From Candidatus Latescibacterota bacterium (lineage in GTDB: Bacteria; Latescibacterota; UBA2968; UBA8231): a DNA stretch of 64,000 bases. The stretch spans positions 1,568,001 to 1,632,000 of the forward strand of contig OZ242214.1 in the NCBI GenBank assembly GCA_965206595.1, written 5' to 3'. A model generated the notes under the pieces. That model made no database searches. It saw only the letters and a list, made by a program, of their open reading frames with translations, and had not been told where the DNA came from. Made by a program: the position numbers and the translations under genes. Position 1 is the stretch's first letter, and every line of letters begins with the position of its first letter. Positions 1 to 9,436 of this stretch are shown here, in pieces.

Positions 1-1
1 G

Positions 2-544
2 CGCCTGGGCAGCGTGGAAAAGACCGAGCAGATGGAGCGTTTCGCCCGCGGGAAGGTGCAGGTCCTCGTCGCCACTACCGTCATCGAGGTGGGCGTCGAC
101 GTTCCCGAAGCGACGGTCATGGTGATCGAGCACGCCGAGAGATTCGGGCTGGCGCAGCTGCACCAGCTACGGGGCCGGGTGGGCCGGGGAGAGGGGCAGG
201 CCTACTGCATTCTCATCGACTACTCCGGGGTCGCTGAGGGGGAGGGCACACCAAGGGCGGAACAGCGGCTGCGGGCGTTCTGCTCCACGAACGACGGTTT
301 CGAGATTGCCCGCTTCGATCTCGAGATCCGCGGCCCGGGGGAGGTGCTCGGAACTAGGCAGTCGGGTCTGCCCAGGTTCGTCGTTGCCGATCCCCTGCGG
401 GATCTCGAACTGATGCAGGCCGCCCGCGCAGAGGCGAAGCGGACCCTGTCGGGGCCCGATGATTTCGACCGCATTTCGGAGAAACCGGTAAACCCGGTCG
501 CTACCCCTTCCGCAGGGGATCCACCGGCAACCCCGGCCAGGTGA
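2..544 (+). CDS. recG: ATP-dependent DNA helicase RecG, C-terminal part (truncated by window edge)
   Basis: VATTVIEVGVDVP, HAERFGLAQLHQLRGRVGRG and the TRG motif DGFEIARFDLEIRGPGE. Confidence 0.95.
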   Translation, partial: RLGSVEKTEQMERFARGKVQVLVATTVIEVGVDVPEATVMVIEHAERFGLAQLHQLRGRVGRGEGQAYCILIDYSGVAEGEGTPRAEQRLRAFCSTNDGFEIARFDLEIRGPGEVLGTRQSGLPRFVVADPLRDLELMQAARAEAKRTLSGPDDFDRISEKPVNPVATPSAGDPPATPAR

Positions 545-2130
545 TGAGCCCTCCAGCCAGATCCCTGTCCGGCCGGTGGTCGGCGCTGGTCCTGGGCCTC
601 GCGGTCGGCGCCGCGGTCGTCCCCTGGCTGCTTGCGGAGTGGGAGCTGAACCGGGCCTGGGGATTTCCCCTGGACGATTCCTGGATCCACATGCAGATTG
701 CCCGCAACCTCAGCAGCGGCCATGGCATGTACTTCAACGCGGGAGAACCTGTCTCGGCCTCGTCCGCCCCTCTGTGGACGGTTCTGCTGGCGGGGTTGCA
801 CCTGCTGCCGGTCGATGTCGTGATGGCGGCGAAGCTGGTGGGTGTCCTGCTGCTGTGGGGAACGGGAACCTTCACCTTCCTCCTCGCCCGCCAGGCAGGA
901 TTGAGCGGCGGCTGGGCGTTGCTTGCCAGTCTGTCCGCGGCGACCACCCCGAGGTTGATCTGGGGCAGCCTCTCCGGCATGGAGATCACCCTGTACGCCG
1001 CCGCGGCGACTGCCGGCATCTGGCTCTGTCTGCGTTCCCGGGGGGCGCCACCCGGGCGGGGAGCCACCGCCCTGCTCGCCGCGGCCGCACTGGCGCGGCC
1101 CGAATGCCTGCTCCTGTTTCCGGTCCTTCTCCTCGACAGCTGGCTGCGGATGCCTCCGGCCCCCCGGATCCGGGTTCTCGGTGACCTGGCGCGGCCCTGC
1201 CTGCTCTTCGCCCTGCTGCTCGCTCCCTTTGTCGTCTTCAACTTCGGCACCATAGGACATCCGTTTCCCAATACCTATTACGCCAAGGTCGGACCGTACG
1301 GTCTGCCGGGAGCACTGGCCCGGCTCGATGTCCTTCAAGTGTTGAAATGCCTCGTCTACTACCCACTGGTGCAGCTAGTTGAGACAATCGAGTACGGCGT
1401 GACAAACAACACGGTTGTCACTGCAGGAGCGCTCGCGGGGGCCATCGCCGCCCTGCGCAGGCCCGCGGGCCCGGAGCGGCTCCTCCTGGTTCTGATTCTG
1501 GCGCTGCCCCTGGTCCGCGGGATATTGGCCCCGTACAAAGGAGCGACTTTTCAGCACGGCCGCTACGTCGCTCACCTGGTTCCACTGATGGCGGTCCTCG
1601 GAACCATAGGTCTTCGCGATTCCCTGGTGTGGCTGTGCAGGTCGAGTTCGGCCGCCTTCCTGCGGAAATCCCGGATTCTCCGGCCCGGCGGCCTCGCCTG
1701 GATGGCGGTGGTCCTCAACGCCCTGCTCATGCAGCCGGGCGGGGCCAGGCAGTTCGGAGAGAACGTCCGCGATATTCAGCAGATGCACCTGCCGATGGCT
1801 CGCTGGATCGCCCGGGAAGCTCCGGAAAATGCCGTGGTGGCGACACACGACATAGGAGCCCTCGGGTACTTCAGCGGGCGGCGGATCATCGACACTGCGG
1901 GACTGATCACCCCGGAGGTGCTGACCTATCTGCGGCCCGGGCAGGCTGCCGATCAGGGGGTGCTGGAATTCCTGCTGGCGAGGAGACCGGAGTTCGTCGT
2001 CGTCATGCCGAACTGGTACCCCCAACTGGTTGAATCCAGATATCTCATTCCGGTACACAGCGTTTCACTCGAGTCGAGATCCATCAGCGCCGGCGATCTC
2101 CTGGTGGCCTACCGCACGGAATGGCCTTGA
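541..2130 (+). CDS. Polytopic membrane protein, probable GT-C fold glycosyltransferase
   Basis: PLDDSWIH...ARNL..G.G..FNAGE first loop, SGMEITL, ARPE, FPNTYYAK, GRY; many TM helices; C-terminal DIGALGYFS..IIDTAGL domain. Confidence 0.7.
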   Translation: MMSPPARSLSGRWSALVLGLAVGAAVVPWLLAEWELNRAWGFPLDDSWIHMQIARNLSSGHGMYFNAGEPVSASSAPLWTVLLAGLHLLPVDVVMAAKLVGVLLLWGTGTFTFLLARQAGLSGGWALLASLSAATTPRLIWGSLSGMEITLYAAAATAGIWLCLRSRGAPPGRGATALLAAAALARPECLLLFPVLLLDSWLRMPPAPRIRVLGDLARPCLLFALLLAPFVVFNFGTIGHPFPNTYYAKVGPYGLPGALARLDVLQVLKCLVYYPLVQLVETIEYGVTNNTVVTAGALAGAIAALRRPAGPERLLLVLILALPLVRGILAPYKGATFQHGRYVAHLVPLMAVLGTIGLRDSLVWLCRSSSAAFLRKSRILRPGGLAWMAVVLNALLMQPGGARQFGENVRDIQQMHLPMARWIAREAPENAVVATHDIGALGYFSGRRIIDTAGLITPEVLTYLRPGQAADQGVLEFLLARRPEFVVVMPNWYPQLVESRYLIPVHSVSLESRSISAGDLLVAYRTEWP

Positions 2131-2155
2131 CATATGCACATTTGTTTAGTAAAAT
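2127..2155 (+). promoter_or_regulatory. Sigma70-type promoter of the HTH-ssb operon
   Basis: TTGACA (2127-2132), 17 nt spacer, TAAAAT (2150-2155) in an AT-rich patch. Confidence 0.8.
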
Positions 2156-2163
2156 TGTGTGCA
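2135..2163. promoter_or_regulatory. Palindromic operator overlapping the promoter (two LexA-like 14-mers)
   Basis: TGCACATTTGTTTA-G-TAAAATTGTGTGCA; outer TGCACA/TGTGCA inverted repeat. Confidence 0.5.
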
Positions 2164-2203
2164 CTTGTTCGGCCATATGCAAAGCGCCAGGAGGATCTTG
2201 GAA

Positions 2204-2395
2204 TTGGAGAGATTTGATCGCGACCGCATCGAGCGCGCAGCGCGCATTTACGCCAGCAACCGGGATGCCGGCCTGGCTCTGGGAATGGCTCCAAGCAGTT
2301 TCGGCCGGCTTTGCCGGCGCTTCGGAATCGAGACTCCACAGGCCCGTCGCAAACGCGGGGGCAGGGGGTATCTCTCCGGAGATGGCGGAGAGTGA
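2204..2395 (+). CDS. Small Fis-like helix-turn-helix protein
   Basis: SNRDAGLALGMAPSSFGRLCRRFGI fits an HTH pattern; AGGAGG SD at 2189-2194 before TTG 2204 (ORF track starts it at 2159). Confidence 0.65.
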   Translation: MERFDRDRIERAARIYASNRDAGLALGMAPSSFGRLCRRFGIETPQARRKRGGRGYLSGDGGE

Positions 2396-2403
2396 GGTTG
2401 GAG

Positions 2404-2874
2404 ATGGCCGCCGGAAACATCAACAAGGTCATACTGGTCGGGAATCTCGGCGCCGATCCGGAAATCAGGTTCACGCCGAGGGGGACGCAGGTGGCCAGCG
2501 TGCGCTTGGCGACCGACGACGACTGGACCGACAACAAGGGGCAGCGGCGACGGCACACCGAGTGGCATCGGCTCGTCATGTGGAGGCGCTTCGCCGAGAT
2601 CGCCGACCAGTACCTGAAAAAGGGAAGCAAGGTCCGCGTCGTAGGCAGACTGCACACACGCAACTGGGAGGACGCCAACCGGCGCCGGCACTACGTCACG
2701 GAGATCATGGTCACCGATCTCCAGCTCATTGACGCCGCCGGAGGGCCCGGAGAGCTCGACATGAAATACGGGCGCGGGGAAGAAACCCAGCTCGAGCTCG
2801 ACGCAATTACCCGTTCCGCTTCTCCCGCTGCTACGGGGATCTCCGATTTCAGAGCGGACGATCTGCCGTTCTAG
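2404..2874 (+). CDS. ssb: Single-stranded DNA-binding protein
   Basis: INKVILVGNLGADPE, TEWHR, YLKKGSKV.V.GRL.TR.W, acidic tail DDLPF. Confidence 0.95.
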   Translation: MAAGNINKVILVGNLGADPEIRFTPRGTQVASVRLATDDDWTDNKGQRRRHTEWHRLVMWRRFAEIADQYLKKGSKVRVVGRLHTRNWEDANRRRHYVTEIMVTDLQLIDAAGGPGELDMKYGRGEETQLELDAITRSASPAATGISDFRADDLPF

Positions 2875-3112
2875 TGGGCACCCGCAGGAAGGCCCCGGAT
2901 GCCGCGGACCTCGAAAGGGTAGATGATGGAACTGCCACCAACCCTTTCTTGACCCTCGATCCGGCGTGGGGTCATATTGCCCCGAAGAGCAAAAGCACCT
3001 GCCGGTGCCGCCTGAAACAGGCAACCCTCCCTTGGCGCTTGAATACGGCCGCCGAATTCAGCGGAACCTGCTCCTACAAAAAAATAGAAGTCTCCAACGC
3101 AGGATTGAGCCG

Positions 3113-3937
3113 ATGGAATTGCTGTCCGCAGAACGAATTCGCGAACTGACTTCCGAATACGAAGGGGCCCGGTCCGAGGACGGGCGCCCGATGGTTCCCG
3201 ATGATATCCTGGAACGGATGAAGAAGGTGACGACCGAGGAGGCCTGGGGCGTCCTGCATGGCCAGGAGTACCACTTCCAGTTCGAAGGGGACTGGATCAA
3301 TCTCCACCCGGAGCGCGTCTTGACCGGGCGCGCCGTGACCTGCCGCTACGTTCCTCATCGCCCCGATCTCCACCAGGTCACGGAGGCGGCAGGCAGCAGG
3401 GAAGGCCGCGTCGGCGGTCAGAACTCGTGGGTGATCGACACCCTCGTGTCCGGCGACGTCCTCGTCGTCGAGCTCTTCGGGAAGATCGTCCGCGGCACCT
3501 TTATCGGCGACAATCTCGGCACCGCCATCGCCGCCAACACCGGAGGCACAGGACTGGTCGTCGATGGCTCGATCCGCGACACCCAGCGGGTCCGAGAGCT
3601 GCCGATCAACGTCTTCGCCAAGGGGCTTCACCCGACGGGCATCGGCGAGGTCACCCTGACGGAGATCAACGGACCGGTTCGCGTCGGACAGGCGTCGGTG
3701 CTGCCCGGAGACATCGTGCTCGGAACATCCAGCGGCGTCATTTTCATCCCTGCGAAGCTTGCCCGGCAGGTGGTGGAATCGTCCGAAATGACGCGCCTGC
3801 GGGATTACTGGGGAAAACAGTCCATTCGCGAGGGACGTTACAGCCCGGGTGAAATAGACCGCGGCTGGACCGAAACGATGAATGCCGAGTTCGAGACCTG
3901 GAGCAGGACCGTCGACGTAAACAGGCTGGAGTACTGA
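3113..3937 (+). CDS. RraA / HMG aldolase family protein
   Basis: GRAVT, FIGDNL, VVDGSIRD, VLPGDIVLG...GVIFIP. Confidence 0.85.
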   Translation: MELLSAERIRELTSEYEGARSEDGRPMVPDDILERMKKVTTEEAWGVLHGQEYHFQFEGDWINLHPERVLTGRAVTCRYVPHRPDLHQVTEAAGSREGRVGGQNSWVIDTLVSGDVLVVELFGKIVRGTFIGDNLGTAIAANTGGTGLVVDGSIRDTQRVRELPINVFAKGLHPTGIGEVTLTEINGPVRVGQASVLPGDIVLGTSSGVIFIPAKLARQVVESSEMTRLRDYWGKQSIREGRYSPGEIDRGWTETMNAEFETWSRTVDVNRLEY

Positions 3938-3947
3938 ATCGTCGGCG

Positions 3948-4850
3948 ATGCCCTTCCAGGTGCTTTTCCTCATTTTACTGATCGCCGTTTCCGGGCGAAA
4001 CGCCTATGGGTGGTGGGGTGATGGACACGAGATCGTCACGAGGGCGGCCATACGCGCCCTTCCCGAAGAAGTGCCGGCGTTTCTGAAGGAAGGGGAGGAA
4101 CTGGTCGCCAGCAGCGTTTACGATCCCGACCTGGCAAAAAACCGGTCCCTGCCGAACCTGCGCGACCGCGAGCATCCCGAACATTTTCTCGACATCGAGC
4201 TTCTGGCCGGCAGACACCTGCCGGCGACGCGGTACGAATTCGTGCGGCTGTGCGGCGAGGTCGGGGTCAGCCCTTCCAAGGTCGGCTTCCTCCCCTATGC
4301 CGTCGCCGAGTGGACGGAGCAGTTGACCCTCGCCCTGGCGGAGCACCGCCGCTGGCCCGGGCTGGAGGCGCCCAAAAGCAAGGCTCTCGTATACGCCGGA
4401 CTTCTAGCCCATTATGCCCAGGATCTGTTCCAGCCCCTGCATCTCACGATTCATTACGACGGCTACGTACAAACGGAGGGAGATTCGTCGGGCGGCGGAT
4501 CGAAGCTTCACGCCGGTATCCACGAAAAGGTCGACTCGGTAATCGATCGGCTCGCTCCCGACCCCGACGCTCTGGCATCCGATTGTCGCCCGCAGCCCTT
4601 CGGCGACCTGATGGCGGCCGTCATGAGCCAGTTCGCGCAGAACCACGACAACGTCGCCAGGGTGTACGAGTTGGCAGATGATTTCGAGCCGCTCTCAGAG
4701 CCTGCCGCCCGGTTCGGATTGCAGCAGGCCGCGGCCGCGGCGGAATTCACCGCCTCCCTCTACCTCACGGCGTGGCGGGATTCGGAGGCCGTGCGCCTGC
4801 CCGGATGGCTCAATCCCCCAGCGCCCGGCAACGGCAGCGGCGCCAAGTGA
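3948..4850 (+). CDS. Secreted S1/P1 nuclease or zinc phospholipase C family protein
   Basis: Signal peptide then WWGDGH; HFLD; HYAQDLFQPLH; HEKVD zinc-ligand pattern. Confidence 0.8.
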   Translation: MPFQVLFLILLIAVSGRNAYGWWGDGHEIVTRAAIRALPEEVPAFLKEGEELVASSVYDPDLAKNRSLPNLRDREHPEHFLDIELLAGRHLPATRYEFVRLCGEVGVSPSKVGFLPYAVAEWTEQLTLALAEHRRWPGLEAPKSKALVYAGLLAHYAQDLFQPLHLTIHYDGYVQTEGDSSGGGSKLHAGIHEKVDSVIDRLAPDPDALASDCRPQPFGDLMAAVMSQFAQNHDNVARVYELADDFEPLSEPAARFGLQQAAAAAEFTASLYLTAWRDSEAVRLPGWLNPPAPGNGSGAK

Positions 4851-4851
4851 A

Positions 4852-5991
4852 TCAGACCGAGAGACTGAAGCCGCTCGCCTCGACGGCCCTGTTCCAGACC
4901 GCCTCCTCGATGTCGAAGCCGGATCCGGGGGTATCGGGGACGACGAGGTGGCCATCCACCATCTCCCAATCGTCGGCGATCAGTCCGGGGAAGCCGGCCG
5001 GCTCCGCTTCCAGGAGGTCGAAATGGGGTATGGAGGCGGCAAAATGGGCGTGAGTGAAGCGCTCGACGAGCTACCCCAGGTATGGGGAGCACAGCGCGCT
5101 GCACACCCCTCCAGCCGGGCTGACACAGCGCGCCACCAGGTCAGTCCGTACTGGTGGAAGTCCTGCTGCACGACGTCGATCCAGCCCTCTTCGACCAGGT
5201 CGAAAAAGCAGGGGGGGGGGGGATGGAATTCCCCATCTGCCACCATGGTGTCCCAGCCGTTCTCCCGGATGAACTCCTTCAGCGCCTGATTTAGCGGCAG
5301 GTCTTCGGGAAAAGGTTCCTCGAACCAGTAGATGCGGGCATCCGCGGTCTCCGCCAGCAGCTGCCGTGCACTGTTGAGAGTGTTGCCCATGTTGGCGTCG
5401 ATCAGGATCCTGGCATTCGCTCCCGCTGCCTCCCGGACGGTCCGGATCACCAGGGCGTCGCGGGCCAGACCCTCGGCGGCAGGCATCCAGCGAGCCCCCC
5501 TCCCGACCTTGATCTTGAAGTTGCGGTAGCCGGAATCCCAACCCGATTGCACCTGCCGACTGTACAGCTCGCGCGCCTCGGCGTCGCTCAACTCGAGATC
5601 GTCGATGTAAATGGAGCCGTCGTACAGCTCTACCTCGCGCGAGCCGCGTGGGACCGAGCAGCCGGTAAAGGGGCAAGCCCGCCAGGCGGGCGCACAGGTC
5701 CCAGAGCGGCAGGTCGATCGGCACCCCTGCCTGACTGGCCCCGTCGGGCATCGAGAACAGCTCTCCGATCCTTCTGCCGACCAGTTCGGCGGCCTGCTCT
5801 TCGGCGATCCCCGACCACCCGATTCCCATCCCCCCTCCGGCGGTCCGAATCCGCACCACCTGGTCCCTGATCACGTCTCCGTGGACGGAGATACGAGCGT
5901 TGCGTCCCAACTACCGGGGTCGCCGTCCCAGTAGCACGCCCTTCTCGATGCGGTCGATGCGCTCGCGTGCGATGGTTTCGAACTGTTCCAT
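4852..5991 (-). pseudogene. Mandelate racemase/muconate lactonizing (enolase superfamily) enzyme, disrupted
   Basis: Pieces across three frames: IDLPLWDL, FKIKVG, IDAN, WFEEPF, ADGE, QQD, PHTWG, PDTPGSG; apparent stop at 5911-5913 and frameshifts near 5650 and 5068. May be assembly error. Confidence 0.75.
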
Positions 5992-6032
5992 GCCGCCTTT
6001 TCCGGTTTCGCCCGCGCCGCGGGCAATTGCGA

Positions 6033-6061
6033 TTGACACTGTGCCGGCCGGCAGATACGGT
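6033..6061 (+). promoter_or_regulatory. Putative sigma70 promoter of the RNB-domain gene
   Basis: TTGACA-17 nt-TACGGT. Confidence 0.5.
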
Positions 6062-6187
6062 AGGATCCGGGCATCCTGCCGGCAATTCCCGGACGCTCGC
6101 CAGGAATTGCTTCGATGTCCGTCTGCCGGTCCGTTCCAGGCCAGGCAAGAATACGGAGGCGCGGGCTCCTGACCGAAGGAGGTAGTC

Positions 6188-8272
6188 ATGCCAACATGGG
6201 TCCGGGATCTTCTGAGCCACGACGATCCCCGGGTGCGATCGCAAGTCGGCCGTCAGCTTTTCGGCCACCGCGTCCCGTCTCAGAGCAACCTCGCCAGCGG
6301 GTCTCTCGTCGAATTCACACACGGTGGCGGCCTCTGGTTCGGAGCCGTGTTGCGGCATTCCGGCCGCCGTCTGCTCGTCGTCGACGTGCGCGGCCGCGAA
6401 CACTGGTTGCGGCGCGCCAAGATCCTCGACCTGTCGACCAGCAAGGTGCCCACCCTGTCGAGACAGGAAGCTCTGTCCCATCTCCGCCGCATTGACGAGC
6501 AGCGCCACGCCCGCAGCCTCGCTGTCGAGCTACAGCCGCTTTGGGAGGTCACCGCAGAGGAAGGGGAGGGCCGCGTGTGGTCGCTGGACGAGCTCGCCGA
6601 GCTCCTTTTCGGTTCACCACGACCGGACGATCGTGCGGTCCTTCTGCGCGCTCTCTGGGAGGGCCGGTTCTTCGCGCGCCACGCAAACGGGTGGTCCCCG
6701 CTTTCCCGCGAGACACTGGCTCGAACTCTGCAGCTCGAGTCGCAAAAAAGGCAGGAGGAGAAAGAGCTTGCCGAGGTGGCGGCATGGGTTCGCCGGGTCG
6801 CCGACGGGGCCGCCCCCGACCCTCGTCCGGCAAACGCCGAGGAAGCGGTTCGGCTGCTGCGGGATGCCGCCGTTTACGGCAGCGAAAGTCAGCGGCGCTC
6901 GCAGTCGGCTGTCCTGATGGAGAGGGCCCACCTTCACGGTCCCGGAGCGGCCTTCGATGTGCTCGTACAGCTGGGATTCTGGGACAAGGATGAGAACCTC
7001 GAACTGCACAGGTGCGGGGTGCCGCCGGAATTCTCTCCTGAGTCCCTGCGTGAAGCCGAAAGGCTCGCCGCGGTGGCCGGCAGGTTCGCAGCGACCCGAG
7101 TCTGGCGCCGGCCCTACGCCTTCGCCGATCCGGCCGATCCGTCAGCGGCTGTTGCCGTTCTGGCGCGGCGCACGATTCGGGGATTCCGGCTGCAGGTGTA
7201 CCTGCCCCTGGTGGCAGCTGTGGTTCCGGCCGGCAGTGCCCTGGACAGGGACGCCGCTGACCGCGCCACCAGCATCGAACTGCCGGACCGGCGCCTCCCG
7301 CTTGTTCCCCCCGCCCTGGAAGAATCCCTGCGCTTCCGCGGCGAGCGGACAACTCCGTCCCTGCGGATCGAAGTGGTGCTGGGACGCGATCAGCGCATCC
7401 GCGACTGCCGCATCGCCCTGTGCCGCATCCGCCCGCGCATGATTTCCTCCGATGCCCCCATTGCCGGAGGACGGGCACCGGGCGGGATGCGTGCCCTGGC
7501 GGGGATCGCCGCGAAACTGCGCGCCCGCCGGCAGGGCAGGCTGCCGATGGAGAGAGTGCCGGACAGGGAGCCCGGCATCCGGGTCGCCGGCAGCAGAGTG
7601 ACGATTTCCCGCACCGACAGCATGGAGAAGATGATCCTCGAGGAGTGTGTAAACGTCGCCAGCGAGGCATTGGGTGCATGGTGTGAAGAACGCCGGATCC
7701 CGGCGCTGTACAGGACTCGGCCTCTGTCCGGGGATACTCCGATCGAAGCGGGGGCAGACCGGGAATCGGCGGACTCCGCGGGGTTGCGTTCGTACCTGTT
7801 GCGAAAAGCGGGTACACCCGAGTCGATGCAAGTGAGGCCTGCGGAACACGAGGCCCTCGGCCTGTCCCGTTGCGCCGCCGGAACGGCGCCGCTCGACCGC
7901 TATGAGCACTTCGTCATGCAGAGACAGCTGATCGCCGCGAAAAGAGGGAGGGCTCTGGTTGGCGAAGAAGAGCTGAAACGTCTGCTCGGCGAATGTGCGG
8001 CGGGAATCGAAGCGGCCCGCAGGGTCGAAAGACACGGCCGCCGCTACTGGCTTCTGGCGGCGCTCCAGCCGTATCAGGGCGCCGACCTCGAGGCGACGGT
8101 GATACGGCGCTCCGGTCTGGGGTACACGGTTCTGCTCGATGGCTTCGACATCGAGGGATACGTAGCGGCGACAGAGATGTCAGCCCACCCGGGGGATCCG
8201 GTCAGGGTCCGCCTGCAACAGGTCTCACCCAGGAGGAACCTGCTGCGCCTCGGCGATCTTCGCAGGCGCTAG
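6188..8272 (+). CDS. RNase II/R (RNB domain) family protein with degenerate active site
   Basis: LDRDAADRATSIELPDRRLPLVP, IPALYRT, HEALGL...TAPLDRY, C-terminal S1-like domain; AGGAGG SD. Confidence 0.75.
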   Translation: MPTWVRDLLSHDDPRVRSQVGRQLFGHRVPSQSNLASGSLVEFTHGGGLWFGAVLRHSGRRLLVVDVRGREHWLRRAKILDLSTSKVPTLSRQEALSHLRRIDEQRHARSLAVELQPLWEVTAEEGEGRVWSLDELAELLFGSPRPDDRAVLLRALWEGRFFARHANGWSPLSRETLARTLQLESQKRQEEKELAEVAAWVRRVADGAAPDPRPANAEEAVRLLRDAAVYGSESQRRSQSAVLMERAHLHGPGAAFDVLVQLGFWDKDENLELHRCGVPPEFSPESLREAERLAAVAGRFAATRVWRRPYAFADPADPSAAVAVLARRTIRGFRLQVYLPLVAAVVPAGSALDRDAADRATSIELPDRRLPLVPPALEESLRFRGERTTPSLRIEVVLGRDQRIRDCRIALCRIRPRMISSDAPIAGGRAPGGMRALAGIAAKLRARRQGRLPMERVPDREPGIRVAGSRVTISRTDSMEKMILEECVNVASEALGAWCEERRIPALYRTRPLSGDTPIEAGADRESADSAGLRSYLLRKAGTPESMQVRPAEHEALGLSRCAAGTAPLDRYEHFVMQRQLIAAKRGRALVGEEELKRLLGECAAGIEAARRVERHGRRYWLLAALQPYQGADLEATVIRRSGLGYTVLLDGFDIEGYVAATEMSAHPGDPVRVRLQQVSPRRNLLRLGDLRRR

Positions 8273-8383
8273 ACATCACCAGCGTTACCCGGCTCGATCG
8301 GCTCTGCGGCAGTGGAATCGCCGCCTGCTGTTCGCTTGATTTCCCGCCAGGCACAGGGAAACTCGGAAAAAGGAGGATGCCGA

Positions 8384-9436
8384 ATGGCGGCGCTGAAGGT
8401 CGGGATCATCGGGGTGGGCGGCATATCGCGGTCTCACATGCCCGGTTGGGGGGCTTCGGAACATGCCGAGGTGGTTGCCGGATGTGATATCGACGCTACG
8501 GTGTTGCGTTCGTGGGGGGAGGAGCAGGGCGTTTCCAGGCTGTACCCGACCCCGGAAGAGCTGTTCTGCGACCGGGAAATCGACATCGTCGACATATGCG
8601 TCCCAAACATGCACCACGCCCCTCTCGCGGTCGCCGCGCTCGAAGCGGGAAAGCACGTGATCTGCGAAAAGCCCCTGGCGCCGACTCCAGACCTGGTGCG
8701 TGAAATGATCGCTGCGCGCGACAAGTCCGGAAAGAAGCTGATGACGGCCCAGCATTTCCGCTTCGAGCCCTCGGCGCGGGCGATGAAGGCCGAAATCGAT
8801 CTCGGGGTTCTCGGCGACATCTACCACGCCCGCAGCTGGATGCTGCGCCGGGGGTTCGCTCCTACCGGCCCCGGCTTCGTGCAGCGCCGGCTGAGCGGCG
8901 GCGGACCGTGCATCGATATCGGGGTTCACATCCTCGACCTCACCCTCTGGTTCATGGGAAACCCGCAGCCGGCAGCGGTCAGCGGCGTCGCCCGCGCCGA
9001 GATCGCCGGGCAGGAAGGGGCCTTCGGCGGCGGGCGCCGCTCGATTCCCCCGGAATTCGACGTCGAGGATTTCGCCGCGGCGTTCGTTCGCTTCGACAGC
9101 GGCGCGACCTTGATCCTCGAAGTGAGCTGGCTGCTGCACCACGACACGAGCGGCGAGGACATGCAGATGTGGCTGTACGGGACAGCCGGCGGCCTGCACT
9201 GGCCGAAGTGCGAAATTCTGGAGACCAACTACCGGACGCGCCAGTTCTACAACAGGGCGGTGAAACTGATGCCGGAAGGTCTCGAGGCTCACGCCCAGGA
9301 GTGCGCCGAGTTCGCCCGGGCGGTCGCCGAGGACGCCCCCTCGCCGGTACCGGCGGAGCAGTCCCTGCAGGTAATGGCGATTCTCGACGGCATCTACCGC
9401 AGCCAGAGAGCCGGAGAAGAGGTCAGTCTGACCTAG
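8384..9436 (+). CDS. Gfo/Idh/MocA family oxidoreductase
   Basis: KVGIIGVGGI, GKHVICEKPLA, GGG..IDIGVHILD, DVED. Confidence 0.92.
   Translation: MAALKVGIIGVGGISRSHMPGWGASEHAEVVAGCDIDATVLRSWGEEQGVSRLYPTPEELFCDREIDIVDICVPNMHHAPLAVAALEAGKHVICEKPLAPTPDLVREMIAARDKSGKKLMTAQHFRFEPSARAMKAEIDLGVLGDIYHARSWMLRRGFAPTGPGFVQRRLSGGGPCIDIGVHILDLTLWFMGNPQPAAVSGVARAEIAGQEGAFGGGRRSIPPEFDVEDFAAAFVRFDSGATLILEVSWLLHHDTSGEDMQMWLYGTAGGLHWPKCEILETNYRTRQFYNRAVKLMPEGLEAHAQECAEFARAVAEDAPSPVPAEQSLQVMAILDGIYRSQRAGEEVSLT

Noticed and set aside
2874-3149. 91-aa ORF between ssb and the RraA-family gene
   Set aside because: No motif, overlaps the next gene, and covers promoter-like and stem-loop sequence; probably non-coding.
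5211-5222. G12 tract as a phase-variation site
   Set aside because: It is in frame and lies in a gene already broken by other indels; tract length is unreliable in this assembly.
5905-5920. In-frame TAG in the enolase-family gene suggesting amber recoding or pyrrolysine
   Set aside because: Moving one G (CCCCGGTAGTTGGGAC to CCCCGGGTAGTTGGAC) gives PRVVGR. A pair of compensating homopolymer indels explains it, the gene has two more indels, and TAG is used as a normal stop throughout the window.
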